Shown: positions 18,077 through 29,147, counted from the stretch's first letter. The stretch is DNA of 64,000 nt from an uncultured Nitrososphaerales archaeon (GCA_938091495.1 CALLJF010000017.1:778-64777); one strand, 5' to 3'. Numbers and translations are program-made. The notes: generated by a model from the letters alone, not told the origin.

Positions 18077-19471
18077 TTGATGAGGAAGGGTCTTGCCTTT
18101 GTATTCATGGTCTTGGTTACATATATTGTTAGTGTTCTTCTTGGACTGAACACAAAAGAAGTCATAGCCCTAACAATCTTCTTAGCTATAGTATATGGGA
18201 CTCTTCTATTCTGGAGATTTCGCTTAGCCTTTGGGCTATTGGGCATAACCGTGCTTTTGGCTGCAGGCTTGATCGACATTCCTACCTTGATAGAATTTGC
18301 AGGGATTGACATAATTCTCTTTTTAATGGGTATGATGATTGTGATAGGCTTCTTAGAAGAAAGGCATTTTTTCGATTACATAATAGAGAAAATTGTAGAA
18401 ATGGTCGGGCCTAGGGGTTACATGCTTGTGACAATGATGATGATCTTGTCAGCCTTGTTTGCTGCATTAGTGGATGAAGTAACCTCTATTCTTTTTATGG
18501 CGGCCACTATGATACACCTCACAGTAAGGCTCAAGCTCAACCCCATACCTTTTGTCATCATGCTCGTCTTCGCAACCAATATAGGTAGTAGTGCAACTGT
18601 AGTAGGAAATCCTGTTGGAGTTATGGTCGCTTTGAGAGGTGGGCTTACCTTCATAGATTTCTTAAGATGGGCGACACCTATTTCCATTCTTGCTTTAGCT
18701 ATTCTGATACCCATATCAATATACTATTTTTCAGGAGATATTAGAAGACTGGACGAACGCCTTAAGCTAGAAGTAAAGGAAGAAAAAAGAATAACGGAAG
18801 GAAGAGAGGTTGCATCAAGAAAAGGGCTTGTTACATCTGCTGTATTGTTTTTAGGGACTATAACCTCCCTCGTCCTCCATAGCTTCGTGGAAGAAGTCCT
18901 GCACCTTGAAAAGAATACCATGTTGCTTGGCACGGCTTTGGGTGCTGCGTCGATAGCCCTTCTTATAGAGCATGAGAAGGCTAAAGAACTTGTGGAAAGA
19001 CGTGTCGATTGGTGGACTCTTGCCTTCTTCATGATGCTTTTTGCCAAAGTAGGAACATTAAGCTACGTTGGTTTGACCGACCGAATAGCCAGTGGGGCTC
19101 TCTCTTTGGGTGCTATTGGTGGAGAGTTTGGTATTTTAATGAATTTTACATGGATAATGGGTATTTTGAGTGCTCTTATGGATAATGTATTAGCTGTAGC
19201 GATAGCTGTGCCTATAATCCATGAGCTTGGTGCTCTGGGCGTGCATGTCTTTCCATTCTGGTGGGCTGGGCTTTTTTCTTCAACTTTCTTTGGTAACCTT
19301 ACTATGATAGGCAGTACAGCAAACATAGTTGCTATTGGAATGATTGAACGTAGAAAGCTTGGTCATATCACTATGGGTTACTGGATTAAACCTGGCATTC
19401 TAGTCTCAATACCAACCTTATTACTCGCTATACTACTCCTCTACCTGCAGTTACCTTTGATGCCCAGCTGA
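18077..19471 (+). CDS. ArsB/NhaD-superfamily ion/anion permease
   Basis: 464 aa, about 10-12 TM helices, with an inverted-repeat architecture and a central charged loop. Paralogue of 61188-62462. Confidence 0.65.
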   Translation: MMRKGLAFVFMVLVTYIVSVLLGLNTKEVIALTIFLAIVYGTLLFWRFRLAFGLLGITVLLAAGLIDIPTLIEFAGIDIILFLMGMMIVIGFLEERHFFDYIIEKIVEMVGPRGYMLVTMMMILSALFAALVDEVTSILFMAATMIHLTVRLKLNPIPFVIMLVFATNIGSSATVVGNPVGVMVALRGGLTFIDFLRWATPISILALAILIPISIYYFSGDIRRLDERLKLEVKEEKRITEGREVASRKGLVTSAVLFLGTITSLVLHSFVEEVLHLEKNTMLLGTALGAASIALLIEHEKAKELVERRVDWWTLAFFMMLFAKVGTLSYVGLTDRIASGALSLGAIGGEFGILMNFTWIMGILSALMDNVLAVAIAVPIIHELGALGVHVFPFWWAGLFSSTFFGNLTMIGSTANIVAIGMIERRKLGHITMGYWIKPGILVSIPTLLLAILLLYLQLPLMPS

Positions 19472-19488
19472 TAATATAATATCAAAGC

Positions 19489-19920
19489 TTAAACCGATGG
19501 AGGCTTACACCTTATTACGTTCTGCCCATCCTTTCTAGTTATCCATACTTCAAAGGAAGCATCTAAAAGTGCATCAAGGGTTAAATTCCAGGGGAAATGA
19601 TGAGGGTCTGTTACGGCTATCTCATACCCACCATATTGTAGGCTTACCTTTCCATATTCGCCAACTATGTCTTTGAGTCTACTAACAATATCACGTAAAG
19701 GTGATTGCAAATCTTTTATAGTGCGCTTGGCAGCCTCAAGCTCTGCCTCATACTTTTTTAGATGGGATTCTAACTCTGAAATTTTCTTCTTCAATTCCTC
19801 AGCCTCTTTCTTAGGGACGGATTCCCTAAGTTTTTCTTCCAGTTCTTTCAATCTATGTTCAAGGGCTTGAGTTGAAGACGAATCATCTTTAGACATGCTC
19901 GCCACAAATAAAAAAGGCAA
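19489..19920 (-). CDS. hypothetical coiled-coil protein
   Basis: Heptad-rich LKELEEKLRES...ELESHLKKYEAELEAAK followed by a non-repetitive C-terminal domain. The start is probably the internal MSKDD. Confidence 0.5.
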   Translation of the reverse strand: MPFLFVASMSKDDSSSTQALEHRLKELEEKLRESVPKKEAEELKKKISELESHLKKYEAELEAAKRTIKDLQSPLRDIVSRLKDIVGEYGKVSLQYGGYEIAVTDPHHFPWNLTLDALLDASFEVWITRKDGQNVIRCKPPSV

Positions 19921-19939
19921 GCACTTACTTATAAATCTG

Positions 19940-20644
19940 CTATGTCTTTTGGGTCTTTAATTTACGCATTGATAAATCTTTCTCAGCTTCTTCTATATCT
20001 TTTTGGACATCTATGGCTCTCCAGAAGCAAGTGGCATACTTCACAGCTCCGAGCTTTTTTTCCTCAGCCAATTTAGGAAAGGCTGTAGCTTCTATATCGC
20101 CCTTCTCAGGGAGGTATTTGAAGATAGCATGGTTAAGGCAATAGACGCCAGCGTTTATCCAGAAGTCTTTTAGAATAGGCTTTTCTCTGAACTCTGTTAT
20201 CTCGCCTTTATCATTTATCATAACAACTCCATAAGTAGACCTGAGGGGCACTAAGGCTATGGCCCCTATAGGTTTGTCAAAATGGCTCATCAATCTTGAT
20301 AAATCCAAATCCGTTATAACATCGCCATTAAGGACTACGAACCTATCCTCCCCTTTTAGAAGATGCTCGCTATTGAGCAATGCTCCACCTGTACCAAGGG
20401 GCTCTTCTTCTACTGCATATCCTACCTTTACACCAAACCTTCTACCATTGCCCACATACTCTATGATCTTCTCCTTCAGAAATCCTACACATAGAATTAC
20501 TTCAGATACGCCATAACTCTTGAGCCAATCAAACTGTATAGTTAGTATGGGCTTTTTAGCTATCTCTATAAGGGGTTTTGGCTTCTCTGTAGTTAATGGT
20601 CTTAGCCTTTTGCCATAGCCTCCAGCAAGAATTACAGCCTTCAT
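19940..20644 (-). CDS. sugar-1-phosphate nucleotidyltransferase
   Basis: N-terminal MKAVILAGGYGKRLRPLTTEKPKPL signature. 234 aa. Confidence 0.85.
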   Translation of the reverse strand: MKAVILAGGYGKRLRPLTTEKPKPLIEIAKKPILTIQFDWLKSYGVSEVILCVGFLKEKIIEYVGNGRRFGVKVGYAVEEEPLGTGGALLNSEHLLKGEDRFVVLNGDVITDLDLSRLMSHFDKPIGAIALVPLRSTYGVVMINDKGEITEFREKPILKDFWINAGVYCLNHAIFKYLPEKGDIEATAFPKLAEEKKLGAVKYATCFWRAIDVQKDIEEAEKDLSMRKLKTQKT

Positions 20645-20696
20645 AAGCTAATCATACATGTAATAGAGCTAAAAGCTATAAATCTTATGAAAAAGA

Positions 20697-22778
20697 TTAC
20701 AATATAGAGTATGAGATGAAGAGCATTACGAAGGTTAAGGATATTGTATTTATCAGTTTAACGAGCACGTGTAATGAGGGGCCTGCACAATCCTTCAGAG
20801 GGTCTCCAAAAGTGTCGCCCACAACAGCAGCTTTATGAGCTTCTGAGCCCTTGCCACCGAATACGCCTGCCTCTATGAGCTTTTTTGCGTTGTCCCAAGC
20901 AGCCCCTCCTGTATTCATCAAAAATGCAAGCAGTGTACCACTCACAGTTGCACTTATAAGGAAAGCTCCAACAGCTATCGGTCCTAGAAGGAAGCCTACC
21001 ATCAATGGTACTATTACGACCAATAAGCTAGGGATGATCATCTCTTTCTGGGCCCATAATGTGCTTATGTCTACACATTTAGAGTAATCGGGCTTTGCAT
21101 TTCCTTCCATCAACCCAGGTATTTCTCTGAACTGTCTCCTAACCTCTTCTACAACCCCGAAGGCAGCCCTGCCAACAGCCCTTATAGCGAAGGCGCTGAA
21201 GATGAAAGGAAGGAGTCCACCTATGAAAAGAGCTGCTATAATCTCCGGCTTGACTATGTCGACTATTACATTTGCCACATCTGTACCTGAAAGGCGGGCA
21301 TAATCAGTAAGATAGGCTTGAAAGAGGAGTAACGCAGCCAGCCCTGCTGAACCTAGAGCATAGCCTTTAGTAAGGGCTTTTGTAGTATTACCCGCAGCAT
21401 CGAAAGCATCGATCTTCTCCCTAAGGCTTTTCTCAGCACCAGACATTTCTGCTATTCCTGCAGCATTATCAACTATAGGCCCAAATCCATCCATACCAAG
21501 GATCATACCAGCAACCGAGAGCATTCCCATAGTAGCCACTGCCGTGCCATATACCCCACCTATATGCAAATTTATGCCAGTCTCAACGCCAAATAGCCTG
21601 CCAAAATAATATCCTATTAAGAGAGCCACTATTATCACTATTACTGGCAAGGCTGTACTCTCCAAAGCTACTGAATAACCACTTATGATATTGACCGCAG
21701 GTCCTGAGGTAGAAGATTTGGCAATCTCCTTCACAGGTCTATATCTTCTTGAGGTATAGTACTCTGTTATCAGAAAGATGAAGACGCTTGTCAAAACTCC
21801 TGTGAGAGTAGCCAAGTAAAGATTGATGCTTAATATTGTATTAGTTACAAGGAAGTAGAGACCAAAAACGACTATAAGGGTAGTAGCTATCATCCCATTT
21901 CTCATAGGGATCATAGGATCCTTAAAGTTGCGAGCCCTGATGAAAGGTAAACCAAGAATAGTCCCGAAGATGCCCACAGCTCTAACTAATAAGGGGAATA
22001 TTGCGAAGAAGAAATTGCCTGTAAAAACAAATAGAAATACGCCTATTATCATGGCGCCTATGTTTTCAGCAGTCATGGACTCGAAAAGATCTGCCCCCCT
22101 GCCTGCAACATCGCCTACATTATCGCCAACATTATCAGCTATCACTGCAGGGTTCCTAGGATCGTCTTCAGGAATTCCTGCCTCGATCTTGCCCACTATA
22201 TCGGCTCCTACATCTGCAGCCTTTGTATAAATGCCCCCTCCAAGCTGAGCGAATAGGGCTGAGAGGCTCGCTCCAAACCCTAGGCTGACTATCAGCTCTG
22301 GACTACCATAAAGATAAAAGAGACCAGTTACTGCTAAGAGACTCAGCCCTACATTGAACAAGCCCATGACCAAGCCACCGTAGTAAGCAAGTTTAAGAGG
22401 TCTATCAAGGCCATAATTAGCTGCGTAAGCAGTCTTCACATTGGCACGGGTAGCCACATCCATTCCTACATACCCTGCAAGTAGAGAGAAGGCTGCTCCG
22501 ATTATGAAGGCGAATGAGAAGAAGGGGATGCCTTTGTGCCCAAAAAGATCGAAGGCTACGTAGAGAAGGATCATAATTATTATAGATATGATTGAGATGG
22601 TCTTATACTGTCTCTTAAGGTAGGCTTTTGAACCCTCTCTTATGGCATCATGTATCTCATTCATCTTTGGATTGTCGACTTCAAAGCGATTGATATACCA
22701 AGCTAGATATATGGCGAATATAAGAGCGGTAATGCCTGCTATAGGTGCTAATAATTGCCCCAATAACTTATCGATCAT
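20697..22778 (-). CDS. hppA: membrane-bound H+(/Na+)-translocating pyrophosphatase
   Basis: 693 aa. Signature segments GGIYTKAADVGADIVGK, DNVGDNVGD and GDTFGDPLKD. Confidence 0.95.
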   Translation of the reverse strand: MIDKLLGQLLAPIAGITALIFAIYLAWYINRFEVDNPKMNEIHDAIREGSKAYLKRQYKTISIISIIIMILLYVAFDLFGHKGIPFFSFAFIIGAAFSLLAGYVGMDVATRANVKTAYAANYGLDRPLKLAYYGGLVMGLFNVGLSLLAVTGLFYLYGSPELIVSLGFGASLSALFAQLGGGIYTKAADVGADIVGKIEAGIPEDDPRNPAVIADNVGDNVGDVAGRGADLFESMTAENIGAMIIGVFLFVFTGNFFFAIFPLLVRAVGIFGTILGLPFIRARNFKDPMIPMRNGMIATTLIVVFGLYFLVTNTILSINLYLATLTGVLTSVFIFLITEYYTSRRYRPVKEIAKSSTSGPAVNIISGYSVALESTALPVIVIIVALLIGYYFGRLFGVETGINLHIGGVYGTAVATMGMLSVAGMILGMDGFGPIVDNAAGIAEMSGAEKSLREKIDAFDAAGNTTKALTKGYALGSAGLAALLLFQAYLTDYARLSGTDVANVIVDIVKPEIIAALFIGGLLPFIFSAFAIRAVGRAAFGVVEEVRRQFREIPGLMEGNAKPDYSKCVDISTLWAQKEMIIPSLLVVIVPLMVGFLLGPIAVGAFLISATVSGTLLAFLMNTGGAAWDNAKKLIEAGVFGGKGSEAHKAAVVGDTFGDPLKDCAGPSLHVLVKLINTISLTFVMLFISYSIL

Positions 22779-22930
22779 TTAAACTTCCCTTTCTCCTATC
22801 ATAAGTTATCTTTACTACGAAATCCCTTCCCAATCACTAAAAGGTTTACTCTTTTAAATTTAACTATATCGCCTATGTAAAAATCGTTATATAATCACTA
22901 AAAATATACAATGAGTCTAGACGATAGGCG

Positions 22931-23167
22931 ATGGTTTTGGGCCAAATAAAAGCAATCATACTCGCAGGATTGGTATTAGGTGCGGAGGAAAGAACACTTA
23001 AGGAGATAAAGAAGTTCGAGGGTGTAAAAGACGGTTTTATGGTCTATGGAGAATTCGATGGAGTCCTCATAGTAGAGGTTCCAAGCCAAGAGAAGCTCAA
23101 TGCCCTGATTTCTAGAATTCGCCGAACAGAAGGTGTGACCAGGACTATAACTCTCGTAGCAATTTAG
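22931..23167 (+). CDS. stand-alone Lrp/AsnC-type ligand-binding (RAM) domain protein
   Basis: 78 aa. The pattern VKDGFMVYGEFDGVLIVEVPSQEKLNALI...EGVTRTITLVAI is that of a RAM domain, and there is no HTH. Confidence 0.55.
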   Translation: MVLGQIKAIILAGLVLGAEERTLKEIKKFEGVKDGFMVYGEFDGVLIVEVPSQEKLNALISRIRRTEGVTRTITLVAI

Positions 23168-24111
23168 ACTCCGATTTTATCCATAAGGGCTGCTATCATA
23201 AAAGGAAGTAAAGCCGTTGCTTCACCGTGAATTGTAACTTGTTTAGCTTTGGTTTTGACCTTTCCCCATGAAATTGCTTCTTTGATCAATGCTCCACTAA
23301 GGCTACCATCATACTCAACAGCTGTAGTTATGTAAACTGCATAATCTAATCCTTCTCTAAACTGATTCCACCACAAGACGTGATGCTTCGAGATTCCTCC
23401 TCCTATCATCAAAGCTCCTGTTGACTTTGCATCAAACACTATATCTGAAAGAAGTTGTTCATCTTTGAGTAAGTCTATTTTAAAGTCTTTATGAGTTTGT
23501 GAGAATAGCCATATCTGGCTCCCAATGGCACCGTCTGTCAATCCTGGTATGATTACAGGTATATCGTTCTTATAAGCCCAATAGAGAATAGAATGCTCAT
23601 TATCTACAAACTCCCCCAGTCTTTTACATAACTCATTAGAAGATAACTCTCTTTTGCCCTCATCATATAGCTTTTTAAAGAAAGGCTGAAGTTTTTTTTC
23701 TAACATAGGACCATAAACTTCATGTGGTATGATTATGTTACCGAGCCTGTGAAAACTTTTTCTGAATAGCTTTTTGTCGTCCAATCCAAAGCTTCCTTCG
23801 TAATATTTCCCCCATGAACGGGCTAAATCGTGATCCAAGGTTCCACAAGTGGTTATTATCACGTTGAACAGTTTAAGCCTGATAAGATCTCTTAATATGC
23901 CTCTTAACCCTGTAGCAACGGGAGCTGCTGGAAAGCTCAAGAATTTTGTGCATGATTCATTCTTCACCATATCTGTTAGAATATTGACTCCTTCTGCAAG
24001 ATGCCTCCCTACAAAGCCTCCAGAATTTCTCATTTCATCTATTATTGTTTCCACAGAAAAAGGTCTCTTAAGTTCTATATCTTGAACTGGTCTTAACTTT
24101 GATACTTTCAT
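23164..24111 (-). CDS. dys: deoxyhypusine synthase
   Basis: 315 aa. TTCGTLDHD, IPGLTDGAIG and MIGGGISKHH match the DHS family. Confidence 0.9.
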   Translation of the reverse strand: MKVSKLRPVQDIELKRPFSVETIIDEMRNSGGFVGRHLAEGVNILTDMVKNESCTKFLSFPAAPVATGLRGILRDLIRLKLFNVIITTCGTLDHDLARSWGKYYEGSFGLDDKKLFRKSFHRLGNIIIPHEVYGPMLEKKLQPFFKKLYDEGKRELSSNELCKRLGEFVDNEHSILYWAYKNDIPVIIPGLTDGAIGSQIWLFSQTHKDFKIDLLKDEQLLSDIVFDAKSTGALMIGGGISKHHVLWWNQFREGLDYAVYITTAVEYDGSLSGALIKEAISWGKVKTKAKQVTIHGEATALLPFMIAALMDKIGV

Positions 24112-24261
24112 AGTTAGGACGAAATAGAATTCTTGACTAATATTATTAAAGCGTTAAGGAACCATTAGACATTATGAATTCTATTATTTCTTATGGGAGT
24201 TCATTTCCACTTAAAAATTTAATCGTTGCGCTAGAAATTATTCAACTAAAAGGTCATCTTT

Positions 24262-24831
24262 TTACAGAAATTCTTCAACAAACCGTTTTGGAACTCCCTT
24301 TTTTTCTATTTCCTCTTTAGCTTCAGAATCTGTCAAGCCCTTCTCTTTTAAGTTTGTAAAAAGGTTTGTCAGAGTCTCTTTTACCTCCCACGGATAGATG
24401 ATCCATGCTTCTGTCTCTTCAACAAAATATTCAGGCTTAACAACAGACCATGGCTTGTAATGAAGTGTACAGATTCTTACTTCTTTCGCACCCTTTTCTT
24501 GGACATAATTTTTCACCAATTGCAAACTATGACCTAAGTCTGCAACATCATCGACAATTAGTACTTTTTTCCCGCTTAAGTTAGATAGAATTGGCTGGGT
24601 AATTTCTGGTCTCTCTTTTGTCTCTTTAATGCCACAGTAATATTTCACTCCCACTATTTCGCTTTCCACACCAAGTTTGTCAGATAAAATGGCCACTGGT
24701 ATAAGACCTCCTCTTGAGATACCTATGAGAATGTCTGGCTCAAATCTACTCTTTTTTATCATTATAGTAAGCTTGGATAGCATCCTATCTATATCATTCA
24801 GGCTTGGCATTATGAACTCAGCTTTACCCAA
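24262..24831 (-). CDS. purine phosphoribosyltransferase (HGPRT/XGPRT-like)
   Basis: PRPP-binding motif VLIVDDVADLGHSL. Confidence 0.8.
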   Translation of the reverse strand: MGKAEFIMPSLNDIDRMLSKLTIMIKKSRFEPDILIGISRGGLIPVAILSDKLGVESEIVGVKYYCGIKETKERPEITQPILSNLSGKKVLIVDDVADLGHSLQLVKNYVQEKGAKEVRICTLHYKPWSVVKPEYFVEETEAWIIYPWEVKETLTNLFTNLKEKGLTDSEAKEEIEKKGVPKRFVEEFL

Positions 24832-25037
24832 CTAAATTACCTATGGCACTATTCATGACATTAAAATATAAGGATTAAACACAATGGATCCTCTAAAACA
24901 CTTATCTTTCCTCAACTCCATGCATGGACAAAATCAAGTTTTCATATTTGCATGATATTTTCATGCTCAAATGAAAATCTGTCAAAATTCCCAAAAAGCG
25001 TTGAACCCTAAAATGACTACAGAAAGCCAAATTTTAA

Positions 25038-26348
25038 TCAGAAGCAACGTATGCCGTTAATTCTTATATGAGGCGCACCTTCAGAGATACAAAAACCTTT
25101 CTCCACGTTTGGGCGCAAAGTAGCTAACTTGCCTATGGCATCCACTCTTTGAATTGCGCTTCTTATGTTATCTACTACTTTTAATTGCTTAATAGGCTCA
25201 TCCAATTTCTTGTCACGAATAAGGTACGCTATTTCAGGAATGAGTTCAAATTTTCCATCCAAAGTATCAACTTCAGCCTTAACCAAACCTTTCACATATA
25301 TTCCATTCTTCGTATCCTCAAACATCTCTTTCAGACTCCAGTCAGAAGGTCTTATATACACATTGCTTACGGTAGGACGTGGTATATGGGTGATACCATG
25401 AGCATTTCCAGGCTTCTCATCATCCTTTGCAGTTAACCTTGTATGCAATAATCCTATATCGCCCTTCTTAATGAGAGTCTTTCTTGTTCCTCTAACACCT
25501 TCATCATCCCACGTAAAAGATCCATAGGCTCCAGGGATGGTAGGATTATCCTCTAAGACAAAGTCTTCATAAACGTCTAGACCATGGAAGAATTTTCCCT
25601 GAAATGTATCTGCCTCAAGCATATGAGCCACCTCATGGGCAAAAGCACCAGCAGTCTCGCTATCAAGTATTACTTTGAAACTTTTTCCTTTCTCAAGAGG
25701 TGACAGAAGTTTCGCCTTCAACATATCTTTCGCTCTAGAGACTAATTCATTAAGAATGTAATCCCAATCTCGTCCCTCCAAAACTTCTAAACCTCCTTTA
25801 CCTCCTAATATGCGGCTTGCGAAACCCTGAAGGAAGTCTCTAATAATGAGGTAAATGGTAAGATCGGTGAGGGAAGAGTGCTCTCTAACGTCGGTACCCT
25901 CTGAAGTGACTAAAGTAGAATCGATATGATAATGTGACAACACTAATTCTGACCTTACATACAAAGCCCCTAACCTCGCCTTAAGTTCATTCCTAAGGCT
26001 TGCAAGAATTTCGTTAGCTTCCTCTACATCAAACTCCTTCTTTTCTTTATATTCGACCTCTCCTACTTCAGGGTTTACTGGCAATAGATTCACTTCTCTT
26101 TCTGCTAATCTAGCCTGTTTCAAAGCCAAATCAGACACCATTTTTGCACTCTGGGTGTCGATCTTACTTGCGCTAGCTACACCGTAACCTTCATCGATAA
26201 CGCGACAGACAATCTTTTCTGATTGGCTCTCAAAGACATCCGAAGACTCTGACCTAAAAGCTAACTGAATTTCTTTATACTCTACCGTCTTAAAGTCAAC
26301 ATACTTTACTTTCGGTATTTTTTCCATTATTCGATGGAAGTCTGCCAT
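25038..26348 (-). CDS. TldD/PmbA-family metallopeptidase
   Basis: 436 aa. HEVAHMLE motif and a Gly-rich C-terminal half. No partner paralogue is adjacent. Confidence 0.75.
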   Translation of the reverse strand: MADFHRIMEKIPKVKYVDFKTVEYKEIQLAFRSESSDVFESQSEKIVCRVIDEGYGVASASKIDTQSAKMVSDLALKQARLAEREVNLLPVNPEVGEVEYKEKKEFDVEEANEILASLRNELKARLGALYVRSELVLSHYHIDSTLVTSEGTDVREHSSLTDLTIYLIIRDFLQGFASRILGGKGGLEVLEGRDWDYILNELVSRAKDMLKAKLLSPLEKGKSFKVILDSETAGAFAHEVAHMLEADTFQGKFFHGLDVYEDFVLEDNPTIPGAYGSFTWDDEGVRGTRKTLIKKGDIGLLHTRLTAKDDEKPGNAHGITHIPRPTVSNVYIRPSDWSLKEMFEDTKNGIYVKGLVKAEVDTLDGKFELIPEIAYLIRDKKLDEPIKQLKVVDNIRSAIQRVDAIGKLATLRPNVEKGFCISEGAPHIRINGIRCF

Positions 26349-26444
26349 CTATAATCATTTTTATCATAAGTTAGATATTAATTCTACTCTTACTTTTAGT
26401 TTGTACACAATTAATGTTTTCAAATTTTATGGTTTTTGCAGGTG

Positions 26445-26675
26445 TTAAACTTTTAGAGCGGCTTGCGTTTTTCTAACCTTGATCTGCTCTTGACGCTTTA
26501 ACCAATCCTGAGCCCATCTTCTCATACATTCTTCTGAACAGAATATGTAGAGCTTGTTGACACAACAGGTATGCCTAGTGATGGGCTTTCCAGATATTAT
26601 TCGATCACAAACCTGACATCTCAACTTTTTAAATCTTAAAGTTAATAAGTTGCTTATATGAATTTCGAGGTACAA
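26445..26675 (-). CDS. small TRASH/L24e-like zinc-ribbon protein
   Basis: CQVC-x22-FCSEEC (a Cx2C...Cx3C arrangement) followed by a basic tail. The real start may be the internal TTG just before RCQVC. Confidence 0.4.
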   Translation of the reverse strand: MYLEIHISNLLTLRFKKLRCQVCDRIISGKPITRHTCCVNKLYIFCSEECMRRWAQDWLKRQEQIKVRKTQAALKV

Positions 26676-26677
26676 AA

Positions 26678-26986
26678 TTGGAAGAAATCAAACCTGTGGA
26701 TGAAACCTTTATCACAAAAGCTATCATAAAGAAGGCTGCTGATGACTGGATAGAATTCTCAGAGTGCGATGTAATAGTTGTGGGCGCTGGTCCTGCTGGA
26801 TTAACAGCATCAACCTATCTCGCAAAAAGTGGTCTTAAAACCCTAGTTCTAGAAAGAAGGTTATCCTTCGGAGGAGGCATAGGAGGGGGCGGCATGAGTT
26901 TGCATAAATTGGTGATAGAAAGTCCTGCTGATGGCATACTGAGAGAATTTGGTTGTAGATTGGAGCCTATCGATGATAATGATTAA
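26678..26986 (+). pseudogene. thi4: thiazole synthase Thi4, N-terminal about 100 aa only
   Basis: [43 protein letters not shown]...ILREFG matches the Thi4 dinucleotide-binding N-terminus. The ORF stops after 102 aa against about 260 aa expected, and no continuation exists in any frame. Confidence 0.6.
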
Positions 26987-27186
26987 ATTTTAAATAGATA
27001 GCGTTGAGAAAGGAAGAATTCAGTCAACTATTAAGTAGGTTTGTGTCTTTTTTCGCTCTTTATAATCCTGCATAACCTTTTCTATTATGTTTAGATCCAA
27101 TTTCCTAGACGAGTATGCCATCATAAAGGTATCTTTATTGATAAGAATTATGCCTGAATTGCATATTCTCTAGTATATAGTGACTA

Positions 27187-27477
27187 TTACTTAATCGCTT
27201 CAGACTCTTGAAGTGTGAAGACAAACCTTGCGCCAGAAAACTCCTCAGTGCCTATGCGCTCCCATTTTATATCATAGGTTTTCGTAACTTGCTTTCCTAC
27301 GATCTTTATCTTTGAAGGGAGTTGAGCGAATAATTCCTCAACCTTCTGAGGATTCTTGGTCATGAGTAGACTTCGACGTCTTTTCATCAAGTACTTAATT
27401 GCAACGTTTTTATGCTCATGCCCTTCAACAGGTATCTTCTCTTTCCCATCATCTATAATGAACTGTCTTTTTGTCAT
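27187..27477 (-). CDS. hypothetical protein
   Basis: 96-aa ORF with protein-like composition and no recognisable motif. Confidence 0.35.
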   Translation of the reverse strand: MTKRQFIIDDGKEKIPVEGHEHKNVAIKYLMKRRRSLLMTKNPQKVEELFAQLPSKIKIVGKQVTKTYDIKWERIGTEEFSGARFVFTLQESEAIK

Positions 27478-27592
27478 TTAATCACCATCTTAATTTCTAA
27501 AAGATAATTTATGTTGCTTGTTGTTAAAGTTTGTCTTACTTTTAGGTGCTATTTTGACCATACTCATCATAAGCTTAGATTGCTCCTTGCTC

Positions 27593-28639
27593 CTAGATTT
27601 CTAAGATTTCAATTATGCCAATAGTCTCACGACAAACAACGTAGATCAAAGGTGCCTCCTTTTGCTCTTTAACATAATCGTCCAAAGGTCCTTTCTTCTT
27701 GACCTCTACTTCTTTGATGACTTCTTTCATCTCTTTCAACCTTCTTTTGCTCACCCAATAATATGCTTCATCTTTTGTCCCTTTTGTCATCAATATGATG
27801 AGTCTGTCGGGGGCTCTTCGACCAGTCCTACCTCTCCTTTGAATGAACCTGATGGCGCTAGGAATGTTATCGTAGAATACGACACAATTACAGTCAGAGA
27901 CATCCAACCCTTCTTCTCCAACTTGAGTTGCTGTAAGAATGTTGAATGATCCACTCTTTAATCCTTCGAGAGCCTTGACTTGCTCCTCTTGTGATTGCCC
28001 TGTCTTGCCACTCTTCCCTATCAATTGCCCTACCTTGAATCCTTTCGATGAGAGCTTATTGTAAATGTAAATACTCTCCACAGAATCTCTATAGCTTGCA
28101 AAGATTATCGCCTTCTCATCATTTTTTAACGAACTTACGATCTTCTCTAGCTCTTGAACCTTAGGATGCTCTATCCCTAACTCTAAAGCTCCTTTCGCAG
28201 TCTCGTAGGCTTCCTTCACACTATGGTCTTTCATCAAATCTCTTACTCCTATTCCTCTACTCCTTACGAACAATCTTTCAAAGAATTTCACAAAAGATGA
28301 TAGACTCTGAGTTTCCAAAAGGTTCATGGCATGGGCCAACCTTATTGCTGAGAATAAGGATGATCTAATTTCTGATATGTTGCTCTTTTCCGCCTCTTTT
28401 CTCAATTCAAGAAGAGTCTTTAAGCTTACGAATTTTTCATCTCTAATCTTGAGTAATCCGGCATCTTCTAATTTCCTTAGCCTAATAGACAGAGCTTCTT
28501 TCAAAGCTCTTCTTATTTCAATTATGATAGGAGGGAGGTCAAGCCTTATCCACTCCACATCAGTTTTATATACGTAATCTTTAACATCTCTGCTCTTTTC
28601 ATCCCTTGCCTCTATTTTGGCTAAATTGAGATGTTCCAT
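27593..28639 (-). pseudogene. hef: Hef/FANCM-type helicase fragment (insertion domain plus RecA2 only)
   Basis: Helicase motifs V/VI are present (TATQVGEEGLDV, IQRRGRTGRR). The RecA1 domain with motifs I-III is absent: an in-frame TAG lies 5 codons upstream of the Met. The ORF ends at ...PLIYVVCRE..., just where the ERCC4 nuclease domain would begin. Confidence 0.6.
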
Positions 28640-28820
28640 AATTTCTTTGCTCTATAGTATTTGGCTTTATGAACTTATGAATTACGAATTCCTGCGTTTG
28701 GTCTGCCAATACATCATAAATATGGGTTATAGACTATTCATAACCGTTTTGGAAAAGATATTCCAAAGATTAAAATAATCTAAATAAAAATCCAGGATGT
28801 TATGATAGCTTAAATGAATT

Positions 28821-29147
<327 letters not shown>

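Noticed and set aside
18418-19326. Four minus-strand ORFs of 87-107 aa (18043-18312, 18418-18714, 18724-19047, 19063-19326).
   Set aside because: They tile the antisense strand of the 464-aa permease gene and are shadow ORFs.
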